A DNA stretch of 64,000 bases from an uncultured Pelagibacteraceae bacterium (GCA_902526005.1 CABZIW010000005.1:13255-77254), one strand, 5' to 3'; numbered from the stretch's first letter, positions 41,923-51,623 are shown. Made by a program: numbers and translations. The notes: generated from the letters alone by a model not told the origin.

Positions 41923-42023
41923 ATTTGAGTACTAGATAGTTGACTAAATTAGTAGGTTATTATATTTAACCACTGAGACGGTATACTAAATTTATTATTT
42001 GAAATTCAAGGTTTTTTTTTAAA

Positions 42024-42704
42024 ATGAGTAAAATCATTGATTTAATTGACTCTTATATAGATAGAGACCCAGCTGCTAAAGGCAGAATTGAGACATTAGT
42101 GACTTCACCTGGCCTGCATTCTATTGGAATATATAAATTATCAAATTTTTTGTGGTCAATAAGACTTACAATCTTAGCGAGGCTATTGTCTTACATTGGG
42201 AGAATATTAACAGGTATTGAAATTCATCCAGCGGCTAAAATTGGTGAACGTTTTTTTATTGATCATGGGATGGGAGTTGTAATTGGTGAAACAGCTGAAA
42301 TCGGCAATGATGTAACTATTTATCACGGAGTAACTCTTGGAGGAGTTTCTCCAAGTGAAGATAGTGCAAGTCAGAAAGATAAGAAAAGACACCCAACACT
42401 TGAAGATAAAGTAATAATTGGATCTGGAGCACAAATTCTTGGTCCGATTACAATTGGTGCCAATTCAAAAGTTGGCTCTAATTCAGTAGTTACAAAAGAC
42501 GTAGAGTCGAACAAAAGTGTAATTGGAAATCCAGCACGATATACAATCGTGCCAAATTCCTCTGGGGTAAAAAAGTTTAGAGCTTATGGTCTAAGTAAAG
42601 GAGATGACAGCAGAGCAACAGTAGTTGAAAAACTAGAAAAAGATAATTCTGATTTAAGAAATAGAATTGAAAAGCTTGAAAAATTGATTGAGGAAAATAA
42701 ATGA
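42024..42704 (+). CDS. cysE: serine O-acetyltransferase with a C-terminal coiled-coil extension
   Basis: 226 aa with DRDPAA, the hexapeptide-repeat core [44 protein letters not shown], and then the heptad-like tail [27 protein letters not shown]. Confidence 0.9.
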   Translation: MSKIIDLIDSYIDRDPAAKGRIETLVTSPGLHSIGIYKLSNFLWSIRLTILARLLSYIGRILTGIEIHPAAKIGERFFIDHGMGVVIGETAEIGNDVTIYHGVTLGGVSPSEDSASQKDKKRHPTLEDKVIIGSGAQILGPITIGANSKVGSNSVVTKDVESNKSVIGNPARYTIVPNSSGVKKFRAYGLSKGDDSRATVVEKLEKDNSDLRNRIEKLEKLIEENK

Positions 42705-43123
42705 AGATAACTTCACGTGGTAGATACGCCGTGTTGGCAATGGTTGATCTTGCAAAGTTTGGATCGCAAAAACCATGCAGCTTGTCACATGTTTCAGTTA
42801 GGCAAAATATATCTTTGTCTTATTTGGAGCAGATATTTAACGACCTTAAGAAAGCTGAATTAGTAAAAAGTCAAAAAGGACCAGGTGGAGGATATATTCT
42901 AAATAAACAAACAAAAGAAATTAAAATTTTGGACATATTTAATGCAATTGATGAAAAAATAAAAACTACAGGATGTGGCAATAATCCTAATGCTTTTTGT
43001 TCTGGAACTAACAAAAAGTGTTTAACTCATAATTTTTGGGAAAATCTTGAGGGAGTCATCGGTAATTATTTGAGTACGGTGCATCTCAGTGATTTAGTAG
43101 AAGAACAAACGTTGGTAAAATAA
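42701..43123 (+). CDS. Rrf2-family transcriptional regulator (IscR-like, probable Fe-S sensor)
   Basis: 140 aa with an Rrf2 wHTH N-terminus, [18 protein letters not shown]. Three clustered Cys ([17 protein letters not shown]) sit where IscR ligates its cluster. ATGA overlap with cysE, and the stop is 1 nt before sufB. Confidence 0.85.
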   Translation: MKITSRGRYAVLAMVDLAKFGSQKPCSLSHVSVRQNISLSYLEQIFNDLKKAELVKSQKGPGGGYILNKQTKEIKILDIFNAIDEKIKTTGCGNNPNAFCSGTNKKCLTHNFWENLEGVIGNYLSTVHLSDLVEEQTLVK

Positions 43124-43124
43124 T

Positions 43125-44567
43125 ATGAATAAAGTAAGCAAAGATAATTTTACACAAGAAAAGTACAAGTATGGATTTGTTACTGAAATTGAAAGTGAAA
43201 AAATTCCAAAAGGGTTAAATGAAGATGTTATCAAGTTGATTTCAAAGAAAAAGAATGAACCAGAATGGATGTTGGAATGGAGACTGTCAGCATTCAAACG
43301 ATTAGAAAATATGTCAGTTCCCAAATGGGCTAAAGCAGAGATAGATGAAATTGATTTTCAAGATTTATACTATTACTCATCGCCTAAGGATTTCAAAGAA
43401 AAACCAAAATCACTAGATGAAGTTGATCCTAAATTATTGGAAACGTATGAGAAACTAGGCATACCGTTAAAGGAACAAAAAGTTTTAGCTGGTGTTGCAG
43501 TAGACGCAGTCTTTGACAGCGTGTCAGTTGCAACAACATTTAAGGAGAAACTGAACGAAATAGGTGTCATTTTTTGTCCTATTTCAGAAGCTATTCAAAA
43601 ACATCCTGAGCTTGTGAAAAAATATATTGGGTCCGTTATTCCTGTAACTGATCACTTCTACGCCACTTTAAATTCAGCTGTATTTAGCGATGGTTCATTT
43701 GTTTACATACCTAAAGGAGTTAAATGCCCAATGGAATTATCTACATACTTTAGAATTAATGCTTCTGAAACAGGACAGTTTGAGCGGACACTTATAATTG
43801 CAGATGAAGGTAGTTACGTAAGTTATCTTGAAGGCTGTACGGCTCCTATGAGAGACGAAAATCAATTGCATGCAGCTAATGTTGAATTAGTTGCACTTGA
43901 TGATGCCGAAATAAAGTATTCCACAGTTCAGAATTGGTATCCTGGTGATGAAAATGGAAAAGGTGGAATATATAATTTCGTAACTAAACGGGGTCTATGT
44001 AAAGGAAAAAACTCTAAAATTTCCTGGACTCAAATTGAGACAGGCTCTGCCATAACATGGAAATACCCAAGTTGTATTTTAAGAGGAGATAATTCGACTG
44101 GTGAATTTTATTCTGTAGCTATTACCAATAATTACCAGCAGGCTGATACTGGTACAAAAATGATCCACTTAGGGAAAAATACAAAAAGTAGAATCATTTC
44201 TAAAGGAATTTCTGCGGGAAAGTCATCTAATACTTATCGTGGGCTTGTCAGCTTTCATAAAAAAGCTAAAAATGCAAAAAACTTTACCCAGTGTGATTCC
44301 TTATTAGTTGGTAGTGAGTGTAAAGCCAATACCATTCCGTTAACCGAAAATAGTTCTAATTCTTCATCTATAGAGCATGAAGCAACAACCTCAAAAATAA
44401 GTGATGAGCAACTGTTCTATTGTATGCAAAGAGGTTTAGATGCGGAAGAAGCACAAAGTTTAATTGTAAATGGGTTTTGTAAAGAAGTATTGCAAAAATT
44501 ACCAATGGAGTTTGCTGTCGAAGCTCAAAAACTTGTGAGTATAAGTTTGGAAGGAAGTGTTGGATAG
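43125..44567 (+). CDS. sufB: Fe-S cluster assembly scaffold SufB
   Basis: 480 aa. Typical SufB N-terminus ([24 protein letters not shown]) and C-terminus ([22 protein letters not shown]). Confidence 0.95.
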   Translation: MNKVSKDNFTQEKYKYGFVTEIESEKIPKGLNEDVIKLISKKKNEPEWMLEWRLSAFKRLENMSVPKWAKAEIDEIDFQDLYYYSSPKDFKEKPKSLDEVDPKLLETYEKLGIPLKEQKVLAGVAVDAVFDSVSVATTFKEKLNEIGVIFCPISEAIQKHPELVKKYIGSVIPVTDHFYATLNSAVFSDGSFVYIPKGVKCPMELSTYFRINASETGQFERTLIIADEGSYVSYLEGCTAPMRDENQLHAANVELVALDDAEIKYSTVQNWYPGDENGKGGIYNFVTKRGLCKGKNSKISWTQIETGSAITWKYPSCILRGDNSTGEFYSVAITNNYQQADTGTKMIHLGKNTKSRIISKGISAGKSSNTYRGLVSFHKKAKNAKNFTQCDSLLVGSECKANTIPLTENSSNSSSIEHEATTSKISDEQLFYCMQRGLDAEEAQSLIVNGFCKEVLQKLPMEFAVEAQKLVSISLEGSVG

Positions 44568-44568
44568 T

Positions 44569-45297
44569 ATGTTAGAGATTAAAAATTTAAATGTTACTGT
44601 TGAAGAAAAACAAATTTTAAAAAATTTAAATTTAAATATTGGTAAGGGTGAAGTACATGCCATAATGGGTCCTAATGGTTCAGGTAAAAGCACTATTGCT
44701 CACACTCTAGCAGGTAAACCAAACTATAATGTAGATTCAGGGGAAGTTAATCTCAATGGTGAAGATTTACTCTCAAAAGATCCTTATGAGAGATCATTAA
44801 ATGGTCTTTTCCTTGCTTTTCAATACCCAATTGAACTTCCTGGAGTCACTAATGCTTCTTATCTAAAGCAGATTGTTAATGCACATCGAAAGTCAAGAAA
44901 AGAAACACCAATTGATGCTGGAGAATTTCTAAAAATTCTAAAAGAAAAATCAAAACTTCTAGATATACCAATGGACATGCATAGTCGTTTTGTAAATGCT
45001 GGCTTTTCTGGGGGAGAGAAGAAGAAAAATGAGGTCCTTCAAATGGATTTGCTTAATCCAAGTTTAATTATTATGGACGAAACAGATTCAGGCCTAGATG
45101 TTGATGCATTAAAAACCACTGCAGACGCAATTAATAAATTAAGAAATGATGAAAGATCATTTATTATCATTACTCACTACTTAAGATTATTAGACTATAT
45201 TGAGCCTGATTACGTCCATGTATTTCAAAATGGCTCAGTTATAGAAACTGGTGACAAGACATTAGCCTCAAGAATTGATCAAAAAGGATATAGCTAA
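44569..45297 (+). CDS. sufC: Fe-S cluster assembly ATPase SufC
   Basis: ATG lies 1 nt after the sufB stop and gives MLEIKNLNV. The track's GTG start at 44557 overlaps sufB. Walker A GPNGSGKST, ABC signature FSGGEKK, Walker B IIMDETDSGLD. Confidence 0.95.
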   Translation: MLEIKNLNVTVEEKQILKNLNLNIGKGEVHAIMGPNGSGKSTIAHTLAGKPNYNVDSGEVNLNGEDLLSKDPYERSLNGLFLAFQYPIELPGVTNASYLKQIVNAHRKSRKETPIDAGEFLKILKEKSKLLDIPMDMHSRFVNAGFSGGEKKKNEVLQMDLLNPSLIIMDETDSGLDVDALKTTADAINKLRNDERSFIIITHYLRLLDYIEPDYVHVFQNGSVIETGDKTLASRIDQKGYS

Positions 45298-46211
45298 TGA
45301 TAAATCTAAAAGCTTCAATAATAGAATTAACGGATAATTTTTCGATTGAAACCAATTCTAAGAATCTATCTATATCCCACGAGATAATAAATGATGAACT
45401 TAAATTAAAAATCACTTCGAATTATTCACAAATACCTTCACGAATTAAATTAATAAGCAGTAATAGAAGCAACTTAAAAATTATTGCTGATATATATTTG
45501 AATGAGAATGCTACTTTAGAGATTATTGATGAAAATGATTATATAATTGATACATCTTTTATTTTAAAATCATTTTTAGGTTCCCGCTCACTACTTGAAT
45601 TATACAGATTTAACAAATTTCAATCAGATACCAATAACTCATTTGTTCATACTTGTAATATGTCAAACAGTTCAATGTTTAAGGATTTTAATTTTACAAA
45701 CGGTTCAGATTTTACAAATAACGAGACTAAGATTAATTTAAATGAAGAAAATGCAAAGTATGTTGGGAGTGGCGTTGTCATGTCCAATTCATCAAAATGT
45801 GAAAACAATTTAGAAATAAGGCACTTAAGTAAGTCTGCGGTATCAGATTGTTCTTTTAAAGCTGTAACTCGTGGATCATCCAATGTTTCGTTTAAAGGAA
45901 AAGTATTTGTTGATGAAAATTGCACAAATACACAATCTAACCAAATTAGTAAAGGTTTGTTAATTGACGAGGAGTCTAAAATTAATCTTACACCAATACT
46001 TGAAATAAATAATGATGATGTCGTTTGCTCTCATGGTGCGGCTTCTGGAAAAGCTGATGAGGAAGTACTATTTTATTTAGCTTCAAGAGGAATTTCAAAG
46101 AGTGAGGCTGAAAGAATATATATACAGGGCTTTTTATCAGAGTTTATTGAAAAGATTGAAGATGCAGAAATGCAAGCTAAAGGGCAAAAATTTATCAACG
46201 AGAACTGTTAA
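45297..46211 (+). CDS. sufD: Fe-S cluster assembly protein SufD
   Basis: 304 aa with SufB/D-type beta-helix repeats and a C-terminal SHGAASGK...LFYLASRGIS motif. It sits between sufC and sufS. Confidence 0.8.
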   Translation: MINLKASIIELTDNFSIETNSKNLSISHEIINDELKLKITSNYSQIPSRIKLISSNRSNLKIIADIYLNENATLEIIDENDYIIDTSFILKSFLGSRSLLELYRFNKFQSDTNNSFVHTCNMSNSSMFKDFNFTNGSDFTNNETKINLNEENAKYVGSGVVMSNSSKCENNLEIRHLSKSAVSDCSFKAVTRGSSNVSFKGKVFVDENCTNTQSNQISKGLLIDEESKINLTPILEINNDDVVCSHGAASGKADEEVLFYLASRGISKSEAERIYIQGFLSEFIEKIEDAEMQAKGQKFINENC

Positions 46212-46212
46212 C

Positions 46213-47445
46213 ATGGACAACTCTAAAACTTTGAATTTAAATGTAAGAAAAGATTTTCCAATTCTTTCAAAAAAGATATTGGAAAAAAAAGATCTTATTT
46301 ATTTTGACACTGCTGCTTCTGCTCAAAAACCAAATACAGTTATTAACGAAACAAATGATTTCTATAAAAATCACTATTCTAATGTTAGCAGGGGAGTTCA
46401 TACATTATCTGTTGAATCAACATTTAGGTATGAGAACGCTAGAAAAAAAGTACAAAAATTCTTAAATGCAAGGTCTGAAAATGAAATTATTTTCACAAAA
46501 AGTGCCACAGAAGGAATTAATTTAGTTGCTCAAACTTTTTATGAAAAGTTTATGCAAAAGGGAGATGAGGTAATTTTATCTTTAATCGAGCACCACTCAA
46601 ATTTAATACCTTGGTTTTTTTTAAGAGACAAGTATGGCGTTGTGCTAAAGTTTGCAAATATTCAACCATCAGGAGAAATTGATATTGATCATTTTAATAG
46701 TCTATTCACAAATAAAACAAAAATTGTATCTTTGACACATCTTTCGAACGTTTTTGGCACTGAATTAAATGAAAACGCTATAAGTATCTGTAAAGATAAA
46801 AACGTTCCGATCCTCCTTGATGGTTGTCAATCAGCTGCTCATTTAAAAATTGATGTTCAAAAACTAGGTTGTGATTTTTTTGTTTTCTCTGGACACAAAA
46901 CTTATGGTCCTGCTGGTATTGGAGTTTTATATGGAACTGAAAATCTTTTATCAGAAATGCCTCCCTATCAAGGTGGAGGAGGAATGATAGGAGATGTGAG
47001 TCTAGAAGGTGCGAGTTATGCAGAATTACCAGCGAAATATGAAGCAGGAACTCCTCCATTAGTCGAAGCGCACGGATTGGGTGTAGCAATTGATTATATG
47101 AATAAAATTGGACTCGATAATATTATCGAGCATGAAAATGAAATAACTAAATATGCCTTTAATAAATTAAACAAAATTGATTTTATCGAAATTCATGGTG
47201 GAGATAATAAAAGGAATTCTATCATATCCTTTAATATTAAAAATGTTCACTCCCACGAAGTATCTTCGTTTTTAGATGTTGAAGGAATAGCAATTAGAGC
47301 AGGTCATCACTGTTGCCAGCCTTTAATGAAACATCTTGGTGTCAATTCAACGGCCAGATTATCTTTTGGTGTGTATAATTCGTTAGAAGAAGTTGATAAA
47401 TTTGTTATTGCGCTACATAAGTGTAAGGAGTTTTTTAATAAATGA
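46213..47445 (+). CDS. sufS: cysteine desulfurase SufS (class II)
   Basis: Start moved to the ATG 1 nt after the sufD stop (MDNSKTLNLNVRKDFPIL). PLP-Lys in SGHKTYGPAGIG and the active-site Cys loop RAGHHCCQP. Confidence 0.95.
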   Translation: MDNSKTLNLNVRKDFPILSKKILEKKDLIYFDTAASAQKPNTVINETNDFYKNHYSNVSRGVHTLSVESTFRYENARKKVQKFLNARSENEIIFTKSATEGINLVAQTFYEKFMQKGDEVILSLIEHHSNLIPWFFLRDKYGVVLKFANIQPSGEIDIDHFNSLFTNKTKIVSLTHLSNVFGTELNENAISICKDKNVPILLDGCQSAAHLKIDVQKLGCDFFVFSGHKTYGPAGIGVLYGTENLLSEMPPYQGGGGMIGDVSLEGASYAELPAKYEAGTPPLVEAHGLGVAIDYMNKIGLDNIIEHENEITKYAFNKLNKIDFIEIHGGDNKRNSIISFNIKNVHSHEVSSFLDVEGIAIRAGHHCCQPLMKHLGVNSTARLSFGVYNSLEEVDKFVIALHKCKEFFNK

Positions 47446-47876
47446 ATGATTTAATAAATGATCTTTACCAAGAAATAATTTTAGATCACGGACGTGAACC
47501 AAGAAATTTTGGGGAATGTGATCCTCATAATAAAAGTGCCGATGGTCATAATCCATTGTGCGGTGACAATTTAAAGCTTACTTTTTTTCTTAATGATCAA
47601 AATATAATAGAAGACATTAAATTTACGGGTGAGGGGTGCGCCATATCTCTTGCCTCTGCATCATTAATGACAGAAAAATTAAAAGGTAAAAAAATTGAAG
47701 TGGCTGAGGAAATATTTAATGATTTTACAAATCTTGTTTCAGGTGCAGATGAAGATCTAAAAGTTTTAAATGAGGAAGATTCACTTTACGCCTTAAAGGG
47801 AGTAGGTGGATTTCCAATGAGGGTAAAGTGCGCAACAATGGCATGGCATGCTTTTAATCAAGCTTTAAAAGATTAA
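47442..47876 (+). CDS. sufU: SufU-type (IscU/NifU-like) sulfur acceptor/scaffold
   Basis: 144 aa. Cys ligands in NPLCGDN, GEGCAIS and [11 protein letters not shown]. It has no LPPVK motif, which separates SufU from IscU. Confidence 0.8.
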   Translation: MNDLINDLYQEIILDHGREPRNFGECDPHNKSADGHNPLCGDNLKLTFFLNDQNIIEDIKFTGEGCAISLASASLMTEKLKGKKIEVAEEIFNDFTNLVSGADEDLKVLNEEDSLYALKGVGGFPMRVKCATMAWHAFNQALKD

Positions 47877-47878
47877 TT

Positions 47879-48460
47879 ATGAGACTATATCCTGTATATC
47901 TTGCACTGCTTGTATTATTTATTGTTTTGCAACTTATTTATGGAAACCGGTCTTTTGCCGATATAAACTTAGAGGAGTACGATATGTCAAAAGTAGAAGT
48001 AATGGATACACCTTTCTGGTGTTCTGCCACACCTGAAGAAAGACAGGAAGCTATTAATAACCTTACTGAAGAACAAAGAATTGTTGCTTTAGAGAATGGA
48101 ACAGAGAGGCCATTTTTTAATGAATATTGGAATAGTAAAGATGTTGGTATTTATGTTGATGTAATTTCAGGAGAACCTTTATTTTCCTCTTTAGACAAAT
48201 TTGATTCAGGAACAGGTTGGCCGAGTTTTGATAAGCCAATAAAAGGAATAGAAATTGTGGAAGTTGTTGATAAATCTCATGGAATGGTTCGCACAGAGGT
48301 AAGAAGTCAATATGGCGACGCACATCTAGGTCATTTATTTGATGATGGACCCACTGAAACTGGATTAAGATATTGTATTAATTCAGCTTCATTAAGATTT
48401 GTTCCTTTAGAGAAGTTAAGTGAAGAAGGCTATGAGGAGTTTGTAGAATTATTTAACTAA
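47879..48460 (+). CDS. msrB: methionine-R-sulfoxide reductase MsrB with an N-terminal hydrophobic anchor or signal
   Basis: 193 aa. Catalytic [11 protein letters not shown] and GTGWPSF. About 70 extra N-terminal residues begin with a hydrophobic helix ([19 protein letters not shown]). The ATG is 2 nt after the sufU stop. Confidence 0.85.
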   Translation: MRLYPVYLALLVLFIVLQLIYGNRSFADINLEEYDMSKVEVMDTPFWCSATPEERQEAINNLTEEQRIVALENGTERPFFNEYWNSKDVGIYVDVISGEPLFSSLDKFDSGTGWPSFDKPIKGIEIVEVVDKSHGMVRTEVRSQYGDAHLGHLFDDGPTETGLRYCINSASLRFVPLEKLSEEGYEEFVELFN

Positions 48461-48769
48461 ATGGAAAAAGTAGAAGATCAAAAAGTTATAGATGCATTAA
48501 AGACTGTATTTGACCCCGAAATTCCAGTTGATTTGTACGAATTAGGTCTAATATACAAATGTGAGGTCACTCCTGATAATGATGTTATTATTCAAATGAC
48601 ATTAACTACACCAAATTGTCCTGTAGCAGATGAAATGCCAAAAAAAGTAAAAGAAGCTGTTGATGCTGTTCCTGGGGTAAAAAATGTTGCAGTTGATCTT
48701 GTATGGGACCCACCATGGGATATGTCTCGTATGTCAGATGTTGCAAGATTAGAACTAGACATGATGTAA
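48461..48769 (+). CDS. sufT: DUF59 / SufT-like Fe-S assembly protein
   Basis: 102 aa with DPEIPVDLYELGLIY and MTLTTPNCPVADEM, typical DUF59 motifs. It starts immediately after the msrB stop. Confidence 0.8.
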   Translation: MEKVEDQKVIDALKTVFDPEIPVDLYELGLIYKCEVTPDNDVIIQMTLTTPNCPVADEMPKKVKEAVDAVPGVKNVAVDLVWDPPWDMSRMSDVARLELDMM

Positions 48770-48836
48770 GATATCCACTTGAAATACAAAAATACCTATA
48801 TATTTTAGATAATAATCATATATAAACTCAAATTAA

Positions 48837-48912
48837 GAGCCCGTAGCTCAGTTGGTAGAGCACTCCCCTTTTAAGGGAGTTGTCCTCGGTTCGAACCCGA
48901 GCGGGCTCGCCA
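48837..48912 (+). tRNA. tRNA-Lys (anticodon UUU), CCA encoded
   Basis: Manual cloverleaf: acceptor GAGCCCG/CGGGCTC, D arm GCTC-AGTTGGTA-GAGC, anticodon arm CTCCC-CTTTTAA-GGGAG, variable TTGTC, T arm CTCGG-TTCGAAC-CCGAG, discriminator G, then CCA. Total 76 nt. Confidence 0.95.
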
Positions 48913-48921
48913 CTTAATAAT

Positions 48922-49086
48922 ATGAAAAAAAAATTTTATCACAAGCTTGGCCCAGTACCTACTGAGGAAGATCTCAAAAATCCAAAAAAACTAAATCCCA
49001 ATAAAGCAAGAAACACAGTAATCATTTGGTATTCGTTTGTTGCTATTTCTATTATACTTTACTTTGTCGTTACAAAATTGTTCTAA
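48922..49086 (+). CDS. small membrane protein (54 aa), hypothetical
   Basis: Track ORF 48880..49086 trimmed to the first Met outside the tRNA. MKKKFYHKLGPVPTEEDLKNPKKLNPNKARNTVIIWYSFVAISIILYFVVTKLF has a basic N-terminus and one C-terminal TM helix. Confidence 0.4.
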   Translation: MKKKFYHKLGPVPTEEDLKNPKKLNPNKARNTVIIWYSFVAISIILYFVVTKLF

Positions 49087-49094
49087 TATGAACA

Positions 49095-49934
49095 ATGAAA
49101 CAATATCATCTAAATAAACTATCTCCAGAACTGGGGGCAGAAATTAGTGGAATTGATTTGTCAAAAGATTTTAATGAAGAAATTCAAAATAAAATTTATG
49201 ACGACTTAATTAATTACAAAGTTTTATTTTTTAGAGAGCAAAACATTACTCCGCAATTTCACGTTGAATTTGCAAAAAGCTTTGGTTCGATTGAAGAACC
49301 GCACCCAGTTTATCCTCATGTAGACGGATTTCCTGAAATTGTTTTACTAGAAAATGATAAGGATAACCCACCAGATACAGATGAATGGCATACTGATGTA
49401 ACGTTTAAAAATGATCCACCATTTGCATCTGTTTTGTACAGTAAAACAGTTCCAGAAGTTGGTGGTGATACATTATGGAGTTCGCTATCAAAAGTATATG
49501 ATGCACTTCCTGATGAATTGAAGGCACAGATTGAAAACTTAAGGGCAATACATGACATGGGAAGTTTTCGAAATAATTATATGAACGATGATAATAAAGA
49601 GTCTTCAGTTAAATTAAATAAAGGGTTTGAAGAATTTGGAAATGCTGTTCATTCAGTCGTAAAGGTTCATCCAATTTCCAGTAAGAAGTTTCTTTATATA
49701 AACCCTAGTTTTACATCTCAGATCGTTGGTATGACAACAACCGACTCTAATAACTTACTCTCATATTTATTTAATTTTATGTGCAAACCAGAATTTCAAA
49801 TAAGATTTAAGTGGACGCCAAACACATTGGTTATTTGGGATAATCGTTGCACGATGCATTATGCTATTGGTGACTATATGCCAAATAAACGTGTTATGCA
49901 TAGAGTAACAGTCTTAAATGATCGCAGAGATTAA
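49095..49934 (+). CDS. TauD/TfdA-family Fe(II)/2-oxoglutarate dioxygenase
   Basis: 279 aa. H-x-D iron motif in EWHTDVTF, distal His and Arg near the C-terminus (VIWDNRCTMHYA...RVMHRVTV). Length and layout match taurine dioxygenase-like enzymes. The substrate cannot be inferred. Confidence 0.8.
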   Translation: MKQYHLNKLSPELGAEISGIDLSKDFNEEIQNKIYDDLINYKVLFFREQNITPQFHVEFAKSFGSIEEPHPVYPHVDGFPEIVLLENDKDNPPDTDEWHTDVTFKNDPPFASVLYSKTVPEVGGDTLWSSLSKVYDALPDELKAQIENLRAIHDMGSFRNNYMNDDNKESSVKLNKGFEEFGNAVHSVVKVHPISSKKFLYINPSFTSQIVGMTTTDSNNLLSYLFNFMCKPEFQIRFKWTPNTLVIWDNRCTMHYAIGDYMPNKRVMHRVTVLNDRRD

Positions 49935-49955
49935 ATAACGATTAAATAGTTTTTA

Positions 49956-50501
49956 ATGAAAAAAATTTTTATTGTATCTTTATTTTTAATTATTTTTATA
50001 AGCGGATCGAATGGAGAAAATATTTTGAAAGATGATTTTACGAATGAGAATGAATGGACTTATATAGCAGATAATGTGATGGGTGGCATTTCTGACGGTG
50101 GAGTCGAATTTAATTTAGTTGAAAGTAATGTTTACGCCTTACTAAGTGGCAATGTTAGCACAGAAAACAATGGCGGCTTCATTCAAATTCGTAGAGAACT
50201 TAAAAATATTGATTTAAGTAAAGCTAAGTCGATAAGGGTATATGCAAGAGGAAATAATGAAAAATATTATATTTTTTTAAGAACAACAGGAACGATATTG
50301 CCATGGCAATACTATTCACATGAATTTACAGTAAATGAAGAATACAATGAATTCATAATGCCGATCAAAGATTTTAAGAAATCTGGAACTTTATTAGCAA
50401 AACAAGTTAATCCAAAGAAAATAACTTCAGTAGCTATTGTTGCATATGGAAGAGATCATGTTGCAGAGATTTACGTTAAGGAATTAGAATTTATTGAATA
50501 G
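49956..50501 (+). CDS. secreted CIA30-domain protein (complex I intermediate-associated protein 30-like)
   Basis: 181 aa. Signal peptide, then W-x-x-x-x-DNVMGGISDG...NNGGFIQIR, the pattern I associate with the CIA30/NDUFAF1 domain. Confidence 0.65.
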   Translation: MKKIFIVSLFLIIFISGSNGENILKDDFTNENEWTYIADNVMGGISDGGVEFNLVESNVYALLSGNVSTENNGGFIQIRRELKNIDLSKAKSIRVYARGNNEKYYIFLRTTGTILPWQYYSHEFTVNEEYNEFIMPIKDFKKSGTLLAKQVNPKKITSVAIVAYGRDHVAEIYVKELEFIE

Positions 50502-50507
50502 AGAGAT

Positions 50508-51137
50508 ATGTGGCTATTTGATTGTGGACTAGATACTGTTGAGTGGAGAAGAACTATCGTGGTTTATTTATCTGCAATTGCTCCAATAATTTTATCTTTA
50601 TATCTAATATATAAAAACCAAATGAAGAAATGGATTGCATTAACATTGTTATCTTCCTTTTTAATTGCTGCGCTTGGATGGGAAATATGGGTTAATTTTG
50701 GACTTATTGATGGTGATCCGGTTAATCTCAGAAGATCTGATGCAATGACATGTGCAATTCCAATGGAAATTAATTGGTTAGTAAACTCATTAGCTGATAC
50801 AGGAATTGTTTGGTTTGCAATTATTCTTGTTTATTGGATTTTTCCAAAAAGAGCTCTTGAGTATGAGAAATTTTATTTAATGAGCTTGTTTATTTTTTTT
50901 ACTTGGTTCATGGGTCAAAATTTTTTAGTGGAGGCTGTTATTTATCACAATCAAGTAGGAGGCGATGCAGCAATTTCTTGGGCGCCATTAATGCCATTTG
51001 GCCCTTATTTTAATCCAACATTAATAAATTTTGGTGAAAGAGACATAACGTTTCAATCTCAATCTGCATGGATTATCGGAACGATAGTTTTCTATTCTAT
51101 ATCTGTGTATTTTTATAAAAAAACAAACGGAAAATAA
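50508..51137 (+). CDS. integral membrane protein, unknown function
   Basis: 209 aa with about five hydrophobic helices. I recognise no motif. Confidence 0.6.
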   Translation: MWLFDCGLDTVEWRRTIVVYLSAIAPIILSLYLIYKNQMKKWIALTLLSSFLIAALGWEIWVNFGLIDGDPVNLRRSDAMTCAIPMEINWLVNSLADTGIVWFAIILVYWIFPKRALEYEKFYLMSLFIFFTWFMGQNFLVEAVIYHNQVGGDAAISWAPLMPFGPYFNPTLINFGERDITFQSQSAWIIGTIVFYSISVYFYKKTNGK

Positions 51138-51140
51138 AAA

Positions 51141-51168
51141 CCCCATCTATAGAGATGGGGTTTATTTT
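51141..51168 (+). terminator. rho-independent terminator after the 50508..51137 gene
   Basis: Perfect 8-bp GC-rich stem CCCCATCT/AGATGGGG (51141-51148 / 51153-51160), loop ATAG, then TTTATTTT. It begins 4 nt after the stop codon. Confidence 0.75.
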
Positions 51169-51449
51169 AGTTTTATTTCAAACATCTACGTCTTGTAGAT
51201 TTTAGAATATTTTTGAAATGGTTGTGGACACCACCCCTTACAATGTTGGTGGCGTCAACTTTTTAACCTCCACATTATCATCAACTAAATAATATCAAGC
51301 ACTCTCAAAATGTGAATTAAAAATGAAAAAAGCCTAAATACAGAAAGTATTTAAGCTTTTCATGATGATAACGTAGATTGATGATCCTTATAGATAATTC
51401 TTTATAAGAATCAATTAATATATTTGATAAATATATTTGGTATTAAAAA

Positions 51450-51623
51450 ATGACCCAGCAAAACTGCCAATGGTGTAATACTTCAATAATTCCAATTGAT
51501 GTACATGGTCACTATCAATGCCCAAATTGTAAGATTAATATTGATCCATGTTGCTCTGGCGAACATAATGATGATTATGATACAACTTTGCAGTCTTGTA
51601 ACACCAAACGCTTCGACGAATAA
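51450..51623 (+). CDS. candidate 57-aa zinc-ribbon protein (below the ORF-track size cut-off)
   Basis: ATG...TAA gives MTQQNCQWCNTSIIPIDVHGHYQCPNCKINIDPCCSGEHNDDYDTTLQSCNTKRFDE. Two CxxC knuckles (C6/C9, C24/C27) sit 14 residues apart. I prefer it over the overlapping motif-less track ORF 51496..51693. No SD is evident and expression is unproven. Confidence 0.35.
   Translation: MTQQNCQWCNTSIIPIDVHGHYQCPNCKINIDPCCSGEHNDDYDTTLQSCNTKRFDE

Noticed and set aside
41940-41966. Sigma-70-like promoter for the cysE-suf string (TTGACT ... TATATT).
   Set aside because: The spacer is only 15 nt, and alternative -10 choices are poor. In DNA this AT-rich such hexamers occur by chance, so I do not report it as a feature. 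The same applies to TTGAAA-16 nt-TATTTT at 48779-48806 upstream of tRNA-Lys.
46102-46212. 37-codon N-terminal extension of sufS in the track ORF (MRLKEYIYRAFYQSLLKRLKMQKCK...).
   Set aside because: It overlaps the 3' end of sufD in another frame. The ATG at 46213 sits 1 nt after the sufD stop and yields a normal SufS N-terminus.
48880-48921. N-terminal part of track ORF 48880..49086 (MSSVRTRAGSPLNN...).
   Set aside because: These codons lie inside and immediately after the tRNA-Lys gene (48837..48912). The ORF is only plausible from the Met at 48922.
48837-51170. Possible genomic islet integrated at tRNA-Lys. The accessory-looking genes (small membrane protein, TauD-like, CIA30-like, membrane protein) start right after the tRNA and end at a strong terminator.
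   Set aside because: There is no integrase, recombinase or phage gene. I could find no direct repeat of the tRNA 3' end (GGTTCGAACCCGAGCGGGCTCGCCA or a part of it) downstream. I see no visible compositional break.
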